Of a stretch of 58,688 nt of DNA, positions 51,963-58,688 are shown in pieces. Position 1 is the stretch's first letter, and each line of letters begins with the position of its first letter. The notes under the pieces were generated by a model. The model searched no databases and was not told the origin of the DNA. It saw only the letters and a program-made list of their open reading frames with translations. The stretch is taken from the NCBI RefSeq assembly GCF_001194135.2, contig NC_068984.1:100580902-100639589 (forward strand), in the 5' to 3' direction. This DNA comes from Octopus bimaculoides. Its lineage: Eukaryota. The translations under genes and the position numbers were made by a program.

Positions 51963-53227
51963 TTCTTATACTTCTTTTATTTTTCAAAATTAAGATAAAC
52001 GAAGTTCTTTCTAATCTAAAATATCCTCTCCTGTATCTTCTACAATGCTCTTTCATCTATGTGGTAGACTTGCAAGGCCTTTCTTCCAAAATTCACTTGT
52101 CTGTGACGAAAATTACTCTTCCACTACTGTTCTGACCTCATCAACAGAATTCATATTTTTTCCGTCCAAATGATTTTGAAGACAGCAGAATAAATGATAA
52201 TCAGAAGAGGCAATGTCCGGCGAATATGGTGAGTGGGGCATCGTTTCCCAATCAAACTGCTCCAGCCTTTGGAATGCTATCCTCGCTGTATGTAGTCGAT
52301 CATTATCCTGATGGAAGAACACCTTTCGTCTTGAAACCAAAGATGATCATTTTGCTTCTAGCGCTGACTTAAGCCGTTCAAGCTGCTCGCTGTAGATCCC
52401 CTTTGTTATCGTTTGGTTTGGGTTTAACAGTTCAAAGTTGACTAAACCTTTCATATCCCACCAAATAGATAAAACCTTCTTTAGCCTGGAGTGCCAGTGT
52501 TCCTTCTTTCCTTACCCACTGTCTTCGGTGCTTGACATTTTTATAGAGAACCCATTTCTCGTCACCAGTCACTATTCGGACCACAAAAGGTTTATTCATG
52601 AGATGTGACAGCAAAGAAGAGCACACATTCACTCTCTGCACGCGATTAGACTTGGAAAGTTTGTGAGGAACCCATTGACTCAATTTGCTGACTCTTCCTC
52701 TTGTGAGGAACCCATTGACCCAATTTGCACGTAGGTGTCGATAAATAGTTGAATGATCAAATCCAAGCTTCACTGCTAGTTCCTCAACAGTTACGATGGG
52801 ATTTTGTTCTATCAGAGTTTGCAGGACGTCCTTGTCTAGCTCAACAGATCTTCCAGGAAGAGGCTCGTCTTCTAGACTGTAATTTCCTGTACAGAATTTC
52901 TGGAACCACCGTTGACACTGGCTTAGGCTTATTGTCCAATCCACATATAATGTTATTAATGTTCCTCACACTTTCCGTTGTGTTGTTACCTTTATTGAAC
53001 TCATAAAGCAAAATATGTCGAATATGTTCCTTTGTCACTTCCATTATAGCTTTGAAAAAATAACTGTTGAAAGCGAACTGCACTCTTCAAAACTTGCACT
53101 AAAAATAAGGACAAGGTAGAATTACTACCTGTTTTTATAGCAAGTTGATGTAAGTAGTTTATCCCGTCCCCCTCCGACTTTTAGTTCATGCAATTGAAAA
53201 AACTGCATTATTTATGGTACGACCCAG
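51963..53227 (-). mobile_element. Mariner (D,D34D) DNA transposon, non-functional, 3' TIR missing
   Basis: 5' TIR CTGGGTCGTACCATAAATAATGC next to TA (53228-53229); transposase from ATG 53044 to TAG about 52011. Confidence 0.95.
52011..53044 (-). pseudogene. Mariner transposase pseudogene
   Basis: MEVTKEHIRHILLYEF, WVPHKL, IVTGDEKW, HQDN, YSPDIASSDYHLF with 34 residues between the 2nd and 3rd Asp. Frameshifts near 52945 and 52480; in-frame stops near 52348 and at 52113-52115. Confidence 0.95.
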
Positions 53228-53539
53228 TATATATATATATATTCGCGCGCGCGCATGTATGTGTGTGTGTTGCTCAGGATAATGAGCTAAAAATGACCTA
53301 GATTCGTCTTTAATGAAGGTATATTCGATTTAATAAAGTATTATTTGATTTCTGTTAAAAAGTTAATTTTTACGTAATAAATTAAATTTTCTAGTATGTT
53401 TATAGGAATCTAGTATGTAGGGAATGCACGTGTTTAATATGAATAGTATATTTCATAATTAAATTGTATAAATGGCATCTCAAATAAAAGCGTAATAAAT
53501 AAAATACAGGGTTAGGCGAAAGTGAAAACAGTTTTAATT

Positions 53540-54600
53540 AATTTGAAACTATTGCGATATATCATAGGATCAATGCGTCTCAGTTATTGTTTTGATAGCT
53601 CAATATTTGTACTTCTGAATGATATCACTTTTGCAATATGGCTCTCTACATATGATGACAGCAATCTCATGGCATTCAGATGCGTTAAAACAATTTAAAT
53701 TTTCTTCAGATGGACTCTTCTGTTCTGAAGCCCCACAGTAGGTGCAGACTCCAGAGAATACTTGAAATTCCCTTTGCATGGGTCTTATCTTGAAGTTCAA
53801 GAATCAACTCAAACTTTGTGCCTGAAGAGATGATGTTACTGTTATGAGCCTGTCTCATCAAATTATCAACAAAGTACATCTTCAGAAACTGTGGCTCGTC
53901 ATTGGTGAAGGGCAGAAGGGAACCAATTTCATGGTAGATTTGCCCTTGTACTTCAAAAGTTGGCTTGAATCTCCCTTCTCGAATGATGTTGGCCCGACTG
54001 GAAGTCATTAAAAAACAAAGTTATGCTTTCTGACATTCATTAAACATGCATGAGTTTCGCAGTAGCAACATTAAGAAGTTGTTTTAGGGGATCTGGAGGA
54101 TCAGCAAGAACTGGTAGATTAACTTTTCCATTTTAACCACTCATTGCATTTGTTTTTTGTTTCCCTTTTATCCGCCAAGAATTCGTCACAAACTGGTTTT
54201 CAAAAGCATAATCATGGTGAGGATCATAGATGAAGCATCTCTTTTCCACACTGTTGCGTATATAGCTGGGATCTAAACTCTGCTTGTATTGCTCTTTGAA
54301 GTTTATTCCTGATCAAGCACAGTTATGGGTTTCATGATGTTTATGTGCAGCTTGTCAGGTAGCATTCTGTTGAAGGTGACTTTTTCCTTCATTAGACATC
54401 TCTAGTTGTCAACAGACAGCCTAACTGCTAGCATTCGGTTTACAACGTGTGTCACGTTCACTATCAGTTTTAAGTTTTTTTTTATGCAACATCCCTAACA
54501 AGTTTAGCATGCAGTCTTTGTAGACACTCTTCATTCTTTTCAATTGTTCTCTGAGCACACTTACATTTCGCATCAGACGACGTTTTATGGCATTATTGAT
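53540..54600 (-). mobile_element. Helitron Rep N-terminal remnant
   Basis: Frameshifted FIYDPHHDY, NGKVNLPVLADPPDPLKQLL, MTSSRANIIREGRFKPTFEVQGQIYHEIGSLLP...PQFLKMYF, FNASECHEIAVII...DII...ITETH*SYD. These are Helitron Rep-upstream motifs. Confidence 0.9.
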
Positions 54601-55706
54601 GGAAACTAATTATTAAAATAAGTAATTGTAGGCAAGTATCCTTTCCTGTAATAAATTGAGGTAAAAACTATCTCTCTCTCTCATCCTCTTGTATTCCTAG
54701 CCAGTTTTCTTTCCTTTCTCTCCCTTTTTCACACCGGTCGTGTAGCTGACCGATCGCAAATTCTCTGTGTTACACTGTTTTCTATCCTTTAGGATGTCTT
54801 CTAAGCGTTACCCACCATTCTTGTCTTTTTGGCCTTGAAGCTATATGTTGCTCGTTCCTTATTTATTTCGTCTTGGTTCCTCGTTTTAAATCACATTTAC
54901 TCACTTCGTGTTTTGTTTGCTCTCGGCCCTATACTCTCTGCAACTTACGCGGGCATAGCCTGCATGGGAAGTTCTCAGTCTTATCATTAATAATACAAAA
55001 CTGAGTAATACCATGTGGTTAATAACCGATGAAGAATTAGGGACCTTCTGTGTCTGTCTCCCGTTCGGTTGTACACTCAGCATACGTTATGTTGTTTGTT
55101 TATTTAACATATATTTTTTTCATTCTTTTCATTTATTATATATAGGAAAACTGAAATAATGTGATCTGGTAGACCTGGAGGCGGCAATGGCGGTTGATTA
55201 TCTCCCACTAACGATATCGACAAGAGTACTGATATGCACCACAAGTCCATATGAGAGGTTCTCTCATAGTAATTATCGCAGTATTCTCTGTTCTAACAAT
55301 AAATATTACCTTTTGATATTAACACTGCTTCTGTCGCTCTCATTCGTGGTCCCGGTTATTCGTGGAACTAATAGCTATTCGCGGAATCGTAAATATCGTC
55401 CGTGATTTTTTCGTGGCAATATATTTTTTTTCACACTTTTTAAGGCTAAGTCATTAATAACAATATACCGTATTTGCCAGTTTACAGGACGCCCCTTAGC
55501 AGCTGAAGCTCCTTCTGATTAGAATAGCTGCGCATCACGAAGCTTGATTGTTTTAGTGCACTGTATCTTGTGTCTCTTATTCCTGCTCTCAATGAAAGCT
55601 TGCTAATTAGTATAGCGACATCTATCTATATTTCACATATACACACTCTCTCTCTCCCTCTCGTGCTGTATTTGTCTCTCAACAATAACAATTTCTTATT
55701 GCTGTG

Positions 55707-55758
<52 letters not shown>

Positions 55759-55761
<3 letters not shown>

Positions 55762-56130
55762 AGAATTCACGAAAAAACAACAGACGAAGACAGGTAGTGT
55801 AGACAACAAATGGATGTATTAGTATAACGCTCGGGAATAGAGAAAGTCTTTAACGTTTCGAGCCTACGCTCTTCAACAGAAAGGAACACAGAAAGAGGAA
55901 GAGACAGTAAGTAAATGAAGTAAGTAAAGGAAAGTAAAGGTAATATAAAAATAGTAATAATAATAATAAAGGTTTTACGCAGGTTAAAAAGTTCAAGGCT
56001 TCAGACGTCGTGGTGTATTGCAGCGATTTTTTTATCAGTAGATAGGTACAGCGTAATCCGTAGGCAGGAGAGGTGCAGCCGAAGAGTGCAAAGTTCAGAA
56101 TAAAAAGTCCAGAATAAAAATCAAAAATCC
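55759..56130 (-). mobile_element. Repeat family P1 copy plus adjoining probable Penelope 3' sequence
   Basis: 55759-55895 matches 2479-2630; minus-strand TTGAAGAGCGTAGGCTCGAAACGTTAAAG; abuts (TA)n. Assignment of 55900-56130 is weak. Confidence 0.65.
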
Positions 56131-56289
56131 TGGCGTGCTTAACGATTCTGCCTGCCTACCGCTTTTTCATGAAGCAATATTAAAATCACCTTTATATTCT
56201 TCTATATATATTCTGGAACTAGCAACCTAGAATCAGTACATATATATTCTCTCCATTTTTTTTCTTTCACTCTCTCCCTCCATTTATTC

Positions 56290-56405
56290 CCCTTTCCTTT
56301 CTGCTGAAGAGCATAGGATCGAAACGTCAAAGACTTCTCCATTTTTCCCGACCGTCAAACTAAAACACCTTGCCTATTGTTCCCTCACTTGTCTTTTTCT
56401 TTTAT
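56290..56405 (+). mobile_element. Diverged P1-related copy with canonical hammerhead core
   Basis: CTGAAGA (56304-56310) GCATAGGATC GAAA (56321-56324) CGTC AAAGAC. Confidence 0.55.
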
Positions 56406-56461
56406 TTTCACACACACACACACACACATATGCAATCATACATGTGTGTATATGCATATAA

Positions 56462-56537
<76 letters not shown>

Positions 56538-56961
56538 TTGGAATGGAGTTGTGTGTGTGTGACCAAATTACAGACGTTCGACAAAATTGTTTGATGTATC
56601 ATGATATACAGAACAACTAAAACTATAAAAAAAGGAAATCTAATTTCATGTGTTCTTAAATAGCTAAAATGTCTTTTCCACAATGCAATTGTCACACTTA
56701 TCCTCATATAAGCACAACTCAGTATTAGTATAAATATTAACTCGGTATTAGTATAAATATCCCTGTAAATAAACTAACGGGGTGTACTATGAATGAACAG
56801 ATATGTGTAGACTCGCTGTAAAATGATACATTTTTTAATGGTCAGATAAAAATATTTTTCTGTCTAGTCTCTTTAATGCTTCACCAGTGGTTATTCAATT
56901 TGTGTTTGTAGAGAGATTAACTGATAGCTACTTAAGATATACACAAGCTAAGATAAAGCTA

Positions 56962-57421
56962 CAAGGCGTTCGGGTTAAATTTGACAGTCTGTATAAAAGG
57001 GAAAATACAATATTCCATCCAAAACAAAAATATTTTTAAAAATAAAAAAAATATCAACTAGATTATGGCTGAGACATAAGAGTTTACTCAAAGTAGGCCG
57101 CCCTCAGTTTCTACCACGGCCTAAACATGGCTCTGGAACCTGGTGCTTGCATTCCTCACTGAGTCCCTCGGAAGATCCTCGAACATCTTGATTTTGGCCG
57201 CCAGTTCTGCCTTGATGTTGCAGGCAGAGCGATTGGTGTCATCGTCATACAAGTGAATCTTTTTCCAATATTCAGATGACTTCCAGTCCACCATGTCAGC
57301 TAACTTTTTCTCAGTTCAACTTTAATCTTTATGCTCCCCGATGACGTTCTGTTTACCAATACATCAACCTGTTCCTGAAAAAAAAAGACATAAAATTCCT
57401 CAAACTTAGTTCAGACACCTG
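56962..57421 (-). mobile_element. Internally deleted maT/DD37D-like (Tc1/mariner) element
   Basis: TA-flanked degenerate TIRs (CAGGTGTCTGAACTAAGTTTGA versus CAAGGCGTTCGGGTTAAATTTGA); N-terminal MVDWKSSEYWKK joined to C-terminal TNRSACNIKAELAAKIKMFEDLPRDSVRNASTRFQSHV*AVVETEGG. Subfamily judged from the C-terminal motif; catalytic domain absent. Confidence 0.75.
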
Positions 57422-57551
57422 TAAATTGATTTGACTAATTTGCATAACAGTGCAAGCGTTTCTAAAGTGAATTATTTGATAGAACGTTAATGGCAGCAAA
57501 ATTGCACCGACAACGATAATAGCTCACTGTAATATACAATATATTGCCAAA

Positions 57552-57976
57552 AATAAGGCGGCGAGCTGGCAGAAACGTTAGCACGCCGGGCGAAATGCTC
57601 AACAGTATTTCGTCTGCCGTTACGTTCTGAGTTCAAATTCCGCCGAGGTCGACTTTGCTTTTCATCCTTTCGGGGTCGTCAAATTAAGTGCCAGTTGCGT
57701 ACTGGGGTCGATGTAGTCGACTTAATCTCTTTGTCTGTCCTTGTTTGTCCCCTCTATGTTTAGCCCCTTGTGGGCAATAAAGAAATAAGAAACGTTAGCA
57801 CGCCGGGTAAAATGCTTAACGGTATTTCGTATGTCATTACTTTCTGAGTTCAAATTCCGCCGAGGTCGACTTTGCCTTTCGTCTTTTCGGGGTCAATAAA
57901 TTAAATACCAGTTGCGTACTGGGTCGACCTAATCGACTGGCTCCTCTCCCCAAATTTCGGGCCTTGTTCCTAAAGT
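57552..57976 (+). mobile_element. SINE family A dimer (A1 monomer followed by head-truncated A2 monomer)
   Basis: A1 at 57552-57787 ends AAAGAAATA, then AGAAACGTTAGCACGCCGGG restarts at 57788 and ends in the A2 tail. Confidence 0.9.
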
Positions 57977-58184
57977 CATCCACCAAAACATTTGACATTT
58001 TATTTATACAGCTACTACTACTACTAGTACTACTACTATCATCAATTCTGTTCATCAAGTACATGTGTATTCATCATCATTTTATTCAATTCTAGAAAAA
58101 TTGAAGCATGTTTTCAGGGCGTATTGAACTTATTTGTGCGTGACTCTTCACCCATCCTGTATTTCTCTACAGTATTCTACATCA

Positions 58185-58520
58185 CACCGTTACACTACAT
58201 TGTCATACATTTCATTGTGACTTCACTGCAAAGCACTACAGCGCACATTCTGTTACACTGCATTGTGTAAAACTGGAGCGTAATACGGTGTAACACACTA
58301 AACTACACTGTACTATACAGTGCTGCATCACACTATGCATCTCTACACAACATTTTATGCCCCTATACTAGGATATATATCCAGACCATTACATAGTATA
58401 CTTCTACCCTACATTATACAACACGACGTGATACTACTCTCTACAACAGCACACAGCTCTGCACTATACTACGTTATAAAATGAATTACGCAGTGCAACA
58501 CTACGCTTTATACGTCTGCC
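58185..58520. repeat. Degenerate pentameric (ACACT/ACTAC-like) simple satellite
   Basis: Recurring TACAC/CACTA units. Confidence 0.6.
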
Positions 58521-58535
58521 CTATACTATCTTTTA

Positions 58536-58688
58536 TTTTTTATTTGTTACAGTCATTTGACAGGGGCCATACTGGAGCACCGCCTTGATGGGTTTTAGTC
58601 GAATAAATCGATCCCAGTACTTATTTTTGCTTTCAAGCCTAGTACTTATTCTATATCAGTCCTTTTTTGCCTGACTGCTAAGTTACTG
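58536..58688 (-). mobile_element. SINE family B 3' part (runs off window end)
   Basis: CAGTCATTTGACAGGGGCCATACTGGAGCACCGCC...GCTAAGTTAC. Confidence 0.85.

Noticed and set aside
55467-55496. CCGTATTT...GGACGCCCC, resembling a Tc2/pogo-type TIR
   Set aside because: No matching second TIR found

Overview
AT-rich, microsatellite-dense animal genomic DNA from a gapped draft assembly (about 24 N-runs). The repeat families look like octopus repeats to me (recognised from memory, not searched). No host gene can be called with confidence; only a few weak exon and promoter candidates lie at about 23.1-27.4 kb and 36.3 kb. Almost every ORF in the supplied track is a microsatellite or N-gap artefact. 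The window is dominated by transposable elements: three tRNA-derived SINE families (about 28 copies or fragments), hAT and TA-target MITEs, a dead D,D34D mariner, an internally deleted maT-like element, Helitron Rep and helicase remnants, and Penelope-like (RT and GIY-YIG), RTE, CR1/L2-like and Gypsy remnants. The most interesting signal is three sequence-unrelated hammerhead-ribozyme-like motifs: 2748-2825, 38774-38813, and a four-copy family at about 2531, 31266, 55848 and 56295. Each has a palindromic stem III (dimer-type fold) and lies near Penelope-like sequence and/or (TA)n tracts. Hammerheads in Penelope-like elements are a known phenomenon; whether these particular families are described or active needs checking. 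TE boundaries are approximate unless a TSD or TIR is given. Protein-motif matches were made by eye.
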